64,000 bases of DNA from Octopus sinensis (taxonomy: Eukaryota), in contig NC_043002.1 in NCBI RefSeq assembly GCF_006345805.1, positions 34,286,001 through 34,350,000 of the forward strand, given 5' to 3'. The notes beneath the pieces were generated by a model. The model saw only the letters and a program-made list of their open reading frames with translations, was not told the origin of the DNA and did no database searches. Positions 12,283 through 26,031 of the stretch are shown in pieces. Each line of letters starts with the position of its first letter. The stretch's first letter is position 1. Made by a program: the position numbers and the translations under genes.

Positions 12283-12845
12283 GCCAGGATCCCGCTACCG
12301 TATGCAGTTTAAAGTCATATCCAGGACACACACACACATATACATATATGTCTCACAGATGAACTCGTCAACGGTCATCCAACAGCTGGGAGTGAGAGAC
12401 CCCTCACCTTGTTTTGACATTTCCCTGCGAGAGGAAAAGCTCTGATGACATCTCTCCACGAGAGGGAAAGCCCTGCGACTTCGCTTGCATCCAATGATGT
12501 AGTTTAGTTCTTCTTTTTGAACAAATACATGCGTTGTTTAGAGAGTGGGGTTGGCTTTGTGCAAGACCTTTCCTCTCATCAAAAAGCTTCCGGCACAAGC
12601 ATTGTTTCATTTTTTTAACATCTCTATTATGGGTCGCATACCATGGCTAACTGTAGCTAAAAGACGCAAAACACTAACTGAAAAATTCCGTGACAGTATA
12701 AGAAATGTGACAACGTAGATGGTAAGATCTCTGCATACCTTCTGCAAGAATCATCTGTTTTGCGTTTTCTATACAAAAGAATGTAGGTCTCTAGCAGGAC
12801 TGAAACGTCACAAATATTCTGATCATATTTAAGAGAACGCTAAAG
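12283..12845. mobile_element. Interspersed repeat with a second copy at 16413-16935
   Basis: Colinear from GCCAGGATCC..AGTTTAAAGTCATATCCAGGAC to TTAAGAGAACGCTAAAGC in both copies. Confidence 0.8.
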
Positions 12846-12873
12846 CGATGGCATTGCTCGAGATCGAGCTGTT

Positions 12874-12905
<32 letters not shown>

Positions 12906-13205
12906 TGTATGTATGTATGTATGTATGTATGTATGTGTGTATGTACGTATGTATGTATGTATGTATGTATGTATGTATGTATGTATGTATGTATGTATGT
13001 GTATGTGTCTGTGTGTGTGTGTGACTATCTATATATGCGTTTACATGTATGCATGTATGCAAATTTTTATATATTTGGATTTACTGAAGTGAGTATCAAC
13101 CGGCTAGATTAAATTTAACTAAATGGAGTTCTACATTCACAGCATTGTTAACTGATAAGAGCGAGTACGGTACACGCTAGGATTATATATATCCCTCGTA
13201 GCCAA

Positions 13206-13242
<37 letters not shown>

Positions 13243-13429
13243 ATATACATACATATGATGGACTCTCTCGTCGTTAGACGACGTTTGAGCGGTGAACAAT
13301 TTCTTATAGAACGATCACACAGATGATCAAATGTTTGTGTAGACCTAAGCCCACTCCTTCCATCAGATCAACATTACCTGTACAGGTGCAACGAGTGCCA
13401 CATGTTAGATGTCGAAATAAACACAGAGC

Positions 13430-13545
13430 AACGTTAAATGAAGTGCTCTCCTCAAAAACTCAACTCAATACCCGGCCTGGGAATCGAACCCACGATCTCG
13501 CAATCGTGAGTACAACACCTTAACCACTAAGCCATGCGCCTTTAC
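13430..13545 (-). mobile_element. tRNA-derived SINE head (family D)
   Basis: The minus strand has an A box (TGGCTTAGTGG) and a B box (GGTTCGATTCCC). Confidence 0.75.
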
Positions 13546-13944
13546 ACACACACACACACACACACACATACACACACGCATACAGGTATGTGTGTGTATG
13601 TGTAATGGATGTAAACGTGAGATATATCTATGTATCTATAAAAAGTATATAACAGATATAACAGATATACCAGATGTACCAGATGTAACCCAAATATTAT
13701 ATATTCACTGTTGCATCGGTGGACATTTAGTAAAAACATTGTCCCCATCAAATGTATATAAAACAAGATCTCTTCTGTGTATGAACCTGGATGTCTTATC
13801 TACATAGAACGAGATAGTTTTGAAGTAATTTCACTTTAAGGTGCTGGCTACATCAAGGCATAGAAACAGTTTAGAAGTAAGGAAATGCAAATCTAACTGG
13901 GAACCGAAAGCGTTTATATCGCAAATACACAAATACATATTACT

Positions 13945-14320
13945 CTTTTACTTTTTTACTTGTTTCAATCATTTGACTGCGACCATATTGGAGAACCGCC
14001 TTTAGTCGAGCAAATCGATCCCTGGACTTATTCTTTGGAAGCCTAGTACTTACTCTATCGGGAACGTAAACACACCACTATCTGTTGTCAAGTGATGTTG
14101 GGGGGGGGGGACAAACACAGATACAGAAGCTTATATATGTAAATATACATATATACGACGGGCTTCTTTCAGTTTCCGTCTACCAAATCCACTCACAAGG
14201 CTTTGGTGGAGCCCGAGGCTATAGTAGAAGATACTTGCCCAAGATGCCACGCAGTGGGAATGAACCCGAAACCATGTGGTTGGTAAGCAAGCTACTTACC
14301 GCACAACCACTCCTGTGCCT
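13945..14320 (-). mobile_element. Composite tRNA/CORE-like SINE with internal microsatellite and CR1-like tail (family B+C)
   Basis: Head with CTTGGGCAAGT, then a TA/TG tract, then CGATAGAGTAAGTACTAGGCTT..AAGGCGGTTCTCCAATATGGTCGCAGTCAAATG..AAACAAGTAAAA. Same layout at 15535-15935(-), 30703-31015(+) and 37455-37835(-). Confidence 0.8.
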
Positions 14321-15084
14321 ATGTACACATATGTACACATATTGCAAACAAGGACAACAGACATATGCTTGGACACATGCACGCACACGCACGCACACAC
14401 ACACACGCACACACACACAGACACACACACATATAGAAATACATATATATTATGTACATACATACATACATACATACATACATACATCCCATACACACAC
14501 ACACACCACACATAGAGCATACAGCAGCATCATCACCACCACAACCACCTGCACACCCACATGGTCGTGCACCCACCGCACCACAACACGTGATACCCGA
14601 GGGTATATGTGTCAACTGACATTTTAAATCGTTATACACACATAGTTGCACTTGTGAATATATGAGACGCTGGGTGCAGTCATCTGTGATACTCCACCTT
14701 TCACACACACACACACACACACACGCACTCACACACACAGATACATTGACGCATAAATATGCACACACATATACACGCGCACAAATACGCTTCATTGACT
14801 CACTGAAGGTCAAACGATGACATATACACAAATACACATACACATATACACACATACACATATAATTATATTTCCTTTATTACATTGTTCTAGAGGGCGG
14901 AGCAATGGCAATGACTTTGGTAACCCCGCCATCACCACCACCACCACCACCATGACAGACTGTGTCAGCTGCAGGGAAAACGTGTGTGCAGGAACGGAAT
15001 TCCAGGGTCTTGAAGTTCTGAGAAAGCAGGACTGAATTTAAGGGTAAAAAGAAGTTTGAAAATTAGATACAACATAGACAGTGA

Positions 15085-15530
15085 CATTGACGAGAATATA
15101 ATCTCTTACGCCTATAAGCGCAGCCTACCCACGAACTAGGAAAACACATACCTTATGTATGTGTGTTCGATATTGCTTATATCCGTCGAGCTGCATCTAA
15201 TTTATATTTGAATTTTTTCCGTAGTATGAAACGTTAGGACATATTACTAGATGGTTCTTACACCATTTTGCATATAGTCACAGACATGGATTTAGCTTGC
15301 ATCTGGCCACGTTCGGGTACACGGTATTGACAACTCATGAAAATGACGAAACATCGATGTCTTTCGCTCCTGAATGGGACCTGATAGTAGTTATCTCGTT
15401 TGTCTGTGATTTCCAGGTGTTTTAACACCAGGCGCATTGATGAGAATATATTCTCTTACGCCTATAAGCGCAGCCTATCCACGAAGTAGCAAAACTTACC
15501 TTGAGTATGTATGTTCAATATTGTTTATAC
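15085..15530 (+). mobile_element. Retrozyme-like unit: 350 bp monomer plus ~95 bp terminal direct repeat, with a central degenerate HHR
   Basis: CATTGA(C/T)GAGAATATA(A/T)TCTCTTACGCCTATAAGCGCAGCCTA starts at both 15085 and 15435. HHR-like motif at 15322-15366. Confidence 0.6.
15322..15366 (+). ncRNA. Degenerate type I hammerhead ribozyme
   Basis: CGGTA-TTGACAA-CTCAT-GAAA-ATGAC-GAAA-CATCGATG-TC-TTTCG. The core has C3>T and G8>A; stem III is palindromic; the cleavage triplet is GUC. Confidence 0.6.
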
Positions 15531-15534
15531 TCTT

Positions 15535-15935
15535 ACTCTTTACTCTTTACTCTTTTACTTTTTCAGTCATTTGACTGCGGCCATGCTGGAGCACCGCCTT
15601 TAGTCGAGCAAATCGCCCCGGACTTATTCTTTGTAAGCCATACTTATTCTATCGGTCTCTTTTTTGCCGACCGCTAAGTAACGGGGACTTAAACACACAG
15701 CATCGGTTGTCAAGCAATGCTAGGGGGACAAACACACACACACACATCACACACACATATATATATACATACCATATATACGACAGGCTTCTTTCAGTTT
15801 CCGTCTACCAAATCCACTCACAAGGCATTGGTCGGCCCGGGGCTATAGCAGAAGACACTTGCCCAAGATGCCACGCAGTGGGACTGAACCCGGAACCATG
15901 TGGTTGGTTAGCAAGCTACTTACCACACAGCCACT
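15535..15935 (-). mobile_element. Composite SINE (family B+C), near full length
   Basis: tRNA-like head at 15935-15870, CORE-like CTTGGGCAAGTGTCTTCTG, CA/TA tract, and a 3' tail AAGGCGGTGCTCCAGCATGGCCGCAGTCAAATGACTGAAA-(AGTAAAG)n. Confidence 0.85.
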
Positions 15936-16092
15936 CCAATACATACATATTTATGTATGTATATAAACACACAGACAATCTTATAACTTTGCCACTTCTA
16001 GTTCATATAACTTCAAATTTTAACAGCATGTGTAGAAACAGATCAAAATTTTATATTTAAGGTTTGATATGTTTATCTTTTCAGGTATAGAA

Positions 16093-17165
16093 ATGGCATT
16101 TATTGGAAGAGAAAATATGTTTTGTGTTTTGGAGTATGCTCGAACATAGTCGAACAAAACTGTGCAGCGTGCATTTGTGAGAGAGTTCTCTAAAAAGTCA
16201 CCAATGGTAATGCAGATTTGGACATGGCACAAAAAATTCAAAGAGGAATCTGTCTGTGCAGGGCAAAAGGATCTGGACGACCATTAACATCGTAAGAGAC
16301 GTTCGAGCGGGTTCGCCAAAAAACCTCGCGAATCCCCAAGAAGTCCATAAGAAGTACAAGTTTAGAAACCCAGATTCCTCCAATGATAGATTGGTGCGAC
16401 CTCAAGAAACGCCAGGATCCTACTACCGTATACAGTTTAAAGTCATATCCAGGACACACGGACACACGCATACATATATGTCTCACAGATGAACCCGTCA
16501 ACGGTCATCCAACAGCTGGGAGTGAGGGACCTCTCATCTTTGTTTTGACACTTCCCTACGAGAGGAAAAGCTCTGATGACATCTCTCCACGAGAGGAAAA
16601 GCCCTGCGACTTCGCTTGCATCCAATGATGTAGTTTAGTTCTTCTTTTTGAACAAATACCTACGTTGTTTAGAGAGTGGGGTTAAGCTTCCGGCACAGGC
16701 ATCGTTTCATTGTTTAACATTTCTATTATGGGTTACATACTATGGCTAACTGTAGCTAAAAAACGCAAAACACTAAATGAAAAATTCCGTGACAGTATAC
16801 GAGATGTGGCAACGTAGATGGTAAGATATCTGTACACCTTCTGCAAGAATCATGTTTTGCGTTTTCTATACAAAAGAATGTAGGTCTCTAGCAGGACTGA
16901 AAAGTCACAAATATTCTGATCATGTTTAAGAGAACGCTAAAGCAGATGACAAGCGAAAGCGCAAACAATTCTGTGTTGATAGGCAAGAGAAACCTGAAGA
17001 AGCCGAGTGCAAGGAACGCATTGTTTTCAGTGATGAGGCCACATTTCATACGCATGGCAAAGTCAATAAGCATAATGTTCGCATTTCGAGGAAAGAAAAT
17101 CCCTATGCCACAGTTGAGCATGAGAGGGACTCACCAATAGTGAATGCGTTCTGCGTCATCTCCAA
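16093..17165 (+). mobile_element. Decayed Tc1/mariner transposase (DUF4817-type N-terminus), interrupted by an insertion at about 16413-16935
   Basis: 5' part: FCVLEYART*SNKTVQRAFVREF and GSGRP. 3' part: VFSDEATFHTHGKVNKHNVRI..ENP..EHERDSP (first DDE aspartate motif). Confidence 0.85.
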
Positions 17166-17333
17166 GAAATCGTTCATGGAATCCACATATCTTTGAATTC
17201 TCACTCAAATTTGGAGGAATAAATCTTAGGTGGCTCAGCATTAAGCTTGTTATGTTTCATTTGCTTTGATTATGTAGTTTCTGTGATATTTACTTCTCAA
17301 ATGTTATCTAAATTTTTGAAAAACCATGTATAT

Positions 17334-17376
<43 letters not shown>

Positions 17377-18068
17377 TATATATATACATAATATATATCA
17401 TTAGTTAAATATATTCAATGAGAATATTATATGCTGAATTTATATTGAGTGCTCTATTGTATTAAAGTATTAATACTATTAAAGTATTTATGTATTTAAT
17501 ACGAGCGATTATATATATTTTATATAATATATTATTATTAATATCAGGAAATCAATATTAGAAAATTCTTCAGAAATATATATACGTGTGTAAAATAATT
17601 GTATTAAAAATATAAATATATATAAATATATGTAAATACGTATGTGTATATTTCGTTTTTGGATTTGGTTTGCAAGATTCTTTATATGAGTTCGTGTGTT
17701 GAAGCATATTCTGTTGTGTCTGGGGAGAGTCATTTGTCTTTTTGTGCCTTATAATGTAACACACTCAGCGGTAAAATTTCCACTTATTTCTTGCAACCTT
17801 TTCAAGAGTTTTGACTCCCTGTATATGTATAAATATATAATAATGACATCTTAAAAGTTTCGAATTAAGTTTTTAAAGCATCGTACGATCGTTTCGCTGA
17901 AGTGTTGTTCTTATAGTGGAATCCTATATTGATAAGCATTTATAGACAACCCTTCTGCTCTTCACAGATATAAAACGTGAAATTTGTATATTTTATCAAA
18001 TGGTATTTTTTTTTTTTTTAGATATGAAGTAACATAGGAAAATGGTGCTTGTTTGAAACATATTATAT

Positions 18069-18151
<83 letters not shown>

Positions 18152-18177
18152 TATATGTATATGTATATGTATATGTA

Positions 18178-18232
<55 letters not shown>

Positions 18233-21200
18233 TATAGTATATATATATATATACATATATACATGCATGCAAATATAAATACATGTATACACATATACAC
18301 ACACATACACATATATGCAGAGAGAGAGAGAGAGAGATATTCATATCTTTATGCATATAGAAAATACTTATATATAGGTGTATGGTGTGTACGTGTTAAT
18401 TTACGTTTAGTTACACATAAAATCATTCAACATTAAATGAGGAATTATTCAATATTTAAGAGTATAGCATTTAATTTCGCAAGGAAACGAATGCCAGTGA
18501 CTTCGAAGTTACTTTGTTCATTGGCTTCATGTTTATATATCGTACGTATACGTGTGCATGCGCGCGCATGCATGTGTGAAATACGTATTATCGCGGATAT
18601 TCCCACGTGTTTCACTTTTCCAAAATAAACATTAACGATGATTTGCATATGAACATGTTTGTAACCAAAGAGAAACAAAGACGTAGCATATGCGCATGTC
18701 TGTAACCAGTTATTAAGTTTGTTGAAAAGATTTTTTAGGTGGGTGACTTAGGTTCGAGGTGTGGGTGCTTGTGTGTGCGTGTATGTGAGTGTGTTGAGTA
18801 CAGTTTTCGGTTTAGTGTGCATGACAGGGTATCACATGACTGTGACGTCACGCCTGGCTGACGGCTTGATAACTGCAGCCAACTGGAAAATGGGATAATA
18901 TTGAACAATGATGTGACTTTTGTGTATGTGCGTGTGTGTGTGGTGTGTACAGACATATGTGTGGTTTTGTGCGTAGGGGTGGACAAACTTTGTGTATATG
19001 TGTGTGTGTATGCATCTATTGTGCCTGTATATTGATGATGTATATGGTGGTGTATGCGTGTGTGTGTGTGCGCGTGGGTATACGTGCCTAAATTATGCAT
19101 ATTGTGTATAGAATTGTAAATGAATTTTGTGTTGTGTATGAATGGATGTAGAATGATGACGATGATGATGATGACAACGATGACCCCCCCTCCCCATGAA
19201 GACATTGACAATGACCCCATGCTGCTGCTGCTAATGATGACGATAACGACCACGTCGATGATCCATTATCATCATTCTCATCATAATCACAGTCATCATC
19301 ATCACCATCATCATTATCATCGTTATCCTCATCATCGTTATCATCATCATCGTTATCATCATCATCGTTATCATCATGGCCATCATCATCACCGTCGTCG
19401 TCGTCGTTTTTGTTGTCGTCATCATCAACCGCATCATTTGTAGCAAGCATACAACACTATCCCTCTCGGCCCTCCCTGTCGACTACAACATCGCCGATAA
19501 GTGGGAGCGAACTAACAACACCCTTCAAGTAGTGTTGAAGGGTGGGAGAGCAGGGACACGGTTGACATATGCTCTTCACCTTTATCAATAAGTCTTTCCG
19601 GATTGGCTTTATGGATTATCTCCCTTCTCCGTTTTCTTTCTTCTCCTACTCCCCTCCCTACCTCTCTCACCCTCCACTCCTTCTTCTCCTTCATCCTGTA
19701 TGTTTGCAAAGCATTTCCTCATATATCATATTTTCCTCTCCATAAGTCCACTGAATTTCCGGTCCTTTTCACTGCTGGTAGTGGTGATGATGATGGTGGT
19801 GGGTGAGGTAATGCATCGCTTGATACTCACGTCTACATTTTGTCTGGTTTTGAGCCATGTTCGTGTCTGTATCAATGTGTGTGCGTATGTGTGTGACCTG
19901 CTAGAAATAGTGAGCAAAACCCCCTAGAATAATACCTATCATCTTAAGAATCCAAGGACACGTTGAGTAGTGTATTTCATGATACATTGTCCGAGAAAAA
20001 GATGTGATTGTCTCGGCTGGAATATCTTTTGCAACAGAACTGTTCAATCAGGACTACCCAGGAGTTAAACAACCACTTGAGGCTTATTGTTGTTAATTCC
20101 AGTTCTGCCGCTGTGATTGAGCAAACCTATGGTCAAAAGCATTCCAGCCGTGACTAGCCCATTTATTTTTGTGATGTAGCTGTATATTTTTTTGCATTTT
20201 CTTGTTTTAGACACTGGAGTGCGGCCATCGTGAGTCACTGCCTCGAAGGTTTCACTCGTACACATCGACCACAATACTTATTTTCTATATCTCGTGCTTA
20301 TTCTATCGGTCTCTTCTGCCGGACTGCGAATTTGCGAGGACGTAAACAAATCAACGCCGGTTATGAAGCGGTGATGGTGATGGTGATGGTGATGGACGAC
20401 AAACAGAACATAAACACACACACACAGATATATACTATATGCACATATAGTGGAAGTAAAGATAAACACCAATATAGATATTTAGTTCCTAGGTACGTTT
20501 CACCATTGCAGTTATTTGAAATTCAGCATTGGATGTTATATGTGCATTTACGAGATGCCTAACTGCATCGGATCATCAGGGGAATACTTTTATACTGGTT
20601 TTAATCTCAATTTCCACTGTATAAGGTCTGTATATCATAACTAGTAACACTGCTAAGTGCAGTGATCGAGTAACTGTTATAATGGAAGCTGACTGGATAA
20701 TGATAATCTACGTGGATCTCTAACTCATACAGTAGTAGTCCTGCATCTAACTGTTCACACAAGATGTACGTGTTGTGTGTGTGTGTGTGTGGTGTGTGTG
20801 TGTGTGTTTGTGTGTAATTGACCCGAGGCTATAATAGAAGGCGTCTGCCCATGATGTCGCGCAGTGGGACTGAACCCAAGACCACATGGTTGAGAAGCCA
20901 TCTTCTCAACCACACAGCCAAGCCTGTGGAGGAGAAATGGTAGAGCCATTAAAGTGTTACATGAAATGTCTGACAGCATTTATTCTAACCCCCAGGGTTA
21001 TTCTAACCCTGTGTTCAAATCCTGCTGAGGTCAACTCTGCTTTTCTTCCGTTCGAAGTCGATCAGATCCAGGACAGTCGATGGATGGAACTCTGAGAACG
21101 TGTGGTATCTGTTGTGGGTCTTTGTACACTGACTGTAATACCGATGTGAACACTGGTGGCACTCTATATTAATCAAAGTTGGGGCTTTTCTCTTGGATAT

Positions 21201-21315
21201 GCAACAGTGTTGTGAAGATGCAAGACATGCATGTATAAACAACTGTTAAACTTCTACAAACAGTCTTGCCGAGGTCTGCATTTATATGTGAAACTGCATG
21301 GTCGTCTTTAATCAA

Positions 21316-22303
21316 CGAAATTTTTTCCCACGAGAGTTCTGGACTCCAATAAAGTACTCATTTGCGTACAGCCAATCAGAGCTCACCTTCGCCTTGTTAA
21401 GTTAACAAACGTTGGCATTCAAAATGGCGACCTCCGATTCCATGCGAATCTTGTAATGTGCTCTCATTCAGATGCCAATATCATGGATACTGAACACATA
21501 CGCTTGGTAGCGGTAGGTTTGAATTACTATACCAATCAAAGATAATGTTTTGGACAAAAATGAAAGTGCGGAAACTGCTTGAAGCTTTTATAAATATACT
21601 GTTGTCAATATTCTGAAAATTGCACTCCGCCGAGGTTGACTTTGCCTTTCATCCTTTCCGGATCGATAAATTTAAGTATCAGCTGCGTACTGGGCTTGAT
21701 CTAATTGACTGGTCCCCCTACACCCCAAAAATTTTCGGTCCTTGTGCCTTGCGTAGAAAAGAATATTTGTAAACAACATGTTATATCTCTGGTAATTTTA
21801 TTTCATGTAAATAAATCTTATTTAGCTGTAATTTTTAGCACACCTTACAACCACCAGTGTTTAATGCAAATGCGATAATCAACACGTTGCATGCGATAAA
21901 CACATTACAATTTTTAAGAGAAAGATTTAGAAGAGTTACATGAAAGTTATCGGGTAATTTTCTTTCATCTAAATAAATGTTTGTTCATTTAAAAGAGAAA
22001 AACAGTTTTAAATCTCTGAGCGAGATGTTGGCAAATAAATTTTAATTCAAAAGATTTATGAAAAAAAATGTTATTTAGCTGTTATTTTTAGTACATCTCA
22101 GTCATCTCAATGCTCAATGACAAAAAGAAACAAGCATTAACTTAGATGGAGAAGTTGCTGTCTGCCAGTAGAGAGGGAAAGAATAAAGAATGCACGGTGC
22201 TGACTAGAAAGGAAGAAAGGATAAAGGTGGCTCTGTTCTGATTGGTTATATGCAAATGAGTTCACTACTGGGATCCGGAACTCTCGTAGAAAAAAAAATT
22301 TCG
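21316..22303. mobile_element. Putative non-autonomous DNA transposon with ~75-80 bp terminal inverted repeats; family A SINE inside
   Basis: 21316-21389 is the reverse complement of about 22224-22303 (TGATTGG..GCAAATGAGT..TCC(A/G)GAACTCTCGT..AAAAAATTTCG). Confidence 0.6.
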
Positions 22304-24295
22304 CGCCCTGGATATTGTTCAAGCTATCCTTCCTCTGCGAAGGCGCTAGGCTATGAGTTAAGAGAATTTGGCCTCGGTTTCTAGTAGATCAAGCAACCAC
22401 ATAGAGGCACTTATAATTTCCATTCCTAATTCCGAAAGGCATGAGTGTCACAGATTCTCATATAATGTTCTATTCCTCTGCTTTAATATATGGATTATCG
22501 TTTTTAATCTGTCAGTGGACAGGAAGAAATTCCAGTTCATACGTTGTCTAACATTATTCAAAGGAATCATGTGAAATATATTTCATTTCTGATTACATGT
22601 TATTGATGTGTGAATATTGCTTGTGATATTGTTATGAACAGTTTATCTCTTTAGCAAGCCCTCTGTGTGTATTCTATAGACAACATACCCTGATTGTGTG
22701 TAACAAACCCCATGTATGTATGAGTGTATGTGTGCATGTGTGTGTGTGTGCGTGCGTGTGTGTGGGGGGGGGGAAAGAGAGAGTGTAAGAGTTTAGCATT
22801 GCTGTTGTTTTGTTGATCGTGAGAAGTTTATAATATTGTTCAATTATGCCCTACTGTCAATCTTCGTGTCTAATAACCCGTGTATTTTAACAACATGTGT
22901 ATGATTCAACACTCCTGTTTGTTGCAACACGCGTGTGTGCGTGTGTGAGTGTGTGTGTTTAGACAATTTCTAAGTAACAACCAATGTTTCAACAATGTGT
23001 GTGTTTTTGTGTGTTTGTTTGTGTGCGTGTATGTGTGTGTGTGTGTGTGTGTGTGAGTGTGTGTGGTAAGACACTCCGTATGTTTGTTTATGCTTAAAAC
23101 AAACTGTGTGTGTAACAGTTAACACTTCGTTTTATTAGTTTTGAATTGTATAACTGGGTTTCCCCACATTTTCAATGACTTACATGCTAAGGAAGTGTTT
23201 GATAAAGTCAACTTCATGTAAGTAAATACTTTCAATTGAACCACATGCTTAACTATCGGTGAAAAAATTTAACTAAACAACTAATTTTTGATTCAATATA
23301 AAATATAGATGTAAACTGAACAATGGAAAAAGAAACATTGATAACTGCAAATAGCGAAATCGACCTCAATTTTGAACATATAAGTCAGTGGCTTCTTTGT
23401 TCCTACTTTTCATTCATGACTTTACTTAGATATGGAACTTCTTTGCTGATTGCGATCTGCCGGCCTACCTGTGAGAACTCAGGTGATGGCAAAATGTTTT
23501 ATTCATCAACAAAAAAGAACTGATTCTAGTTATATTGTTGCAAATGGAATGAGGCCACAACTGTTGGTCATAATCTCAAAAGCAGTCATAGTCAACCCGC
23601 GGTCCGCGGCAATTTCTGAACAATATACCGAATAAATAATTACCTTCAGTTTTCTTAATAAGCCCTGTCTCGTGCAGCCCCGCTTCTCGATAAAGGGTCC
23701 CCATGCCTCTTCATGTGTAGAATTATAAAATTTTTGGTGTGTTTAATAGAAACACATTTATTTTCAATGGTTAATCGATGTCTTTATTCTGAAGAGCGAT
23801 TTTAATAAAATCGCATTTTTGGGTCCCCTGATTTGCCAGCTCTCATTATCGTGGGATTCCCTCAGATTTGGAACCCTTTGCCGTACACATTACAATATCA
23901 CTTGAACAGAGAAAAATGGCAGTCATTTCTATCCCAAGTCATATCTGTCACAAAAAATAGAGAAACATATTGGATCTTGTAGTTCTAGATATACGCGTAT
24001 GTACTAATAAGAAAGAGGAGGATGGTCACAGTTTATGTACCTTTCTTCAAATACTTATTACAAGAGGTTTCACTTGCAGGTAAAACAGCTTATTTTATCG
24101 GGGCGTTTGCCGAGCCGCTAGGTTACGGGGGCATAAACACAACAAAATCGATTGTCAAAAGAACACAGACACAGAAACATACATATATTTGTGTCTGTGT
24201 TCTCTTGACAACTGATCTTGGTGAACTTACGTCCCCGTCGTATGTATGTATGTATATATATATATGTATATATATGCATATATATATATATATAT

Positions 24296-24358
<63 letters not shown>

Positions 24359-24486
24359 CATATAATATATATATACACATGTATATATACATATATATAT
24401 ATATATTTGCGTTGCGTTTATATATATATATGTATATATGCATGTATATATATATATGTATCTATCTATCTATCTATATCTATCTA

Positions 24487-24517
<31 letters not shown>

Positions 24518-25109
24518 TATATATATATATATATAATATATTATATATATATTATATATATATATTATATATATATACGGTGGGATTCTTTCTGTCTACC
24601 AAATACATTCACGAGCTATAGTAGAAGACACTTGCCTAAAGTGCCACGCAATGGGACTAAACGTGGAACCATGTGGTTGGGAAGCAAGCTTCTTGCAACA
24701 CAGCCACGCCTGCGGCTATATATAGCTATGCTAATTTTATATATATATATATACTAATTATTTACACCTATTTAAGCTTCAGGAACTAGTGTATTGGAAG
24801 AATACAATCACATAGAACCACTATGACTATCCCAACGGCAACAACCACCAGCACCATCACTCCCCTTACCAACATCACCACCACCACCACTACAACCACC
24901 TCGGCTATATATATATATGGATGCTTCATCAAAGTTATAGACATGGAAACTAATAATCACGCAACTGTAGTTTAGGCGCCACCGAGTTTGCTTTGATTTT
25001 ATATTTGGTTATATATGTATATATGTATGTGTGCGTATGCGTATATGTACGTATACATGTATTGATGTGTATATTATATTATATATATTATATATATATA
25101 TATATATAT

Positions 25110-25149
<40 letters not shown>

Positions 25150-25459
25150 ATATATATATATATATATACATAAATATATATATATCTATATATATATATA
25201 TCTATATATATATACTATATACTATCATCCATACATACATACATATGTATATATATTTATATAGATAGATAGATAGATATAGATATATAATATGTGTGTG
25301 TATGCCTGCATATACATATACATATATAGAGAGATACAGATATATATGTATGCGCATATGTATGTATATATATATATATATATATATAACTAGAATACTT
25401 AGAATAATTAGTATATATATATATATAAATATTATATATATATGTGTATATATATATAT

Positions 25460-25463
25460 ACAC

Positions 25464-25495
<32 letters not shown>

Positions 25496-25781
25496 ATATA
25501 ACTATATATATATGTATATAACTATATATGTATATATATATATATAGTTATATATGTACATATATATATAGTTATATATGTACATTTCTGGATGTATGTA
25601 TATAGAGTTATGTGTATGTAGTGTGTACATGCTTGTGTTTGACAACGGCTTTCTGATACAAATATTATCACGTGGTACAGAGTTAATTCTGATTTGGCCA
25701 ACCGAATGTTAGTTTTCGTAATTTGCAGGATTTTCGGAGGTTTCATGATATCTCCAAATAGCAGGCCCCTCAGAGATCCTG

Positions 25782-25822
<41 letters not shown>

Positions 25823-25999
25823 CGTGTGTGTGTGCGTGCATGTGTGAGTGTGTGTGAGTGTGTGTGTGTGTGTGTGTGGTGTGTGTGTGTGTATGTGTGT
25901 GTGTCTCTGTGTGTGTGTGTGTGTGTGTCTGTGAGTATGAATATACAAATATATATAAATACGTAAACATAATATATACATATGCATATATATATACAC

Positions 26000-26031
<32 letters not shown>

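Noticed and set aside
12425-12480. CTGATGA...GAGAG-GAAA HHR-like motif (also at about 16560-16615)
   Set aside because: Stem II is offset, and no valid stem III/UH or stem I pairing could be built.
14901-15040. Possible exon after TTGTTCTAG
   Set aside because: All frames hit stops before the plausible donor, and no partner exon was found.
18845-18852. CRE palindrome TGACGTCA (also near 62854)
   Set aside because: A single 8-mer is not evidence of a regulatory element.
19519-19544. Perfect 10 bp hairpin CACCCTTCAA-GTAGTG-TTGAAGGGTG
   Set aside because: It is short enough to occur by chance and has no supporting context.
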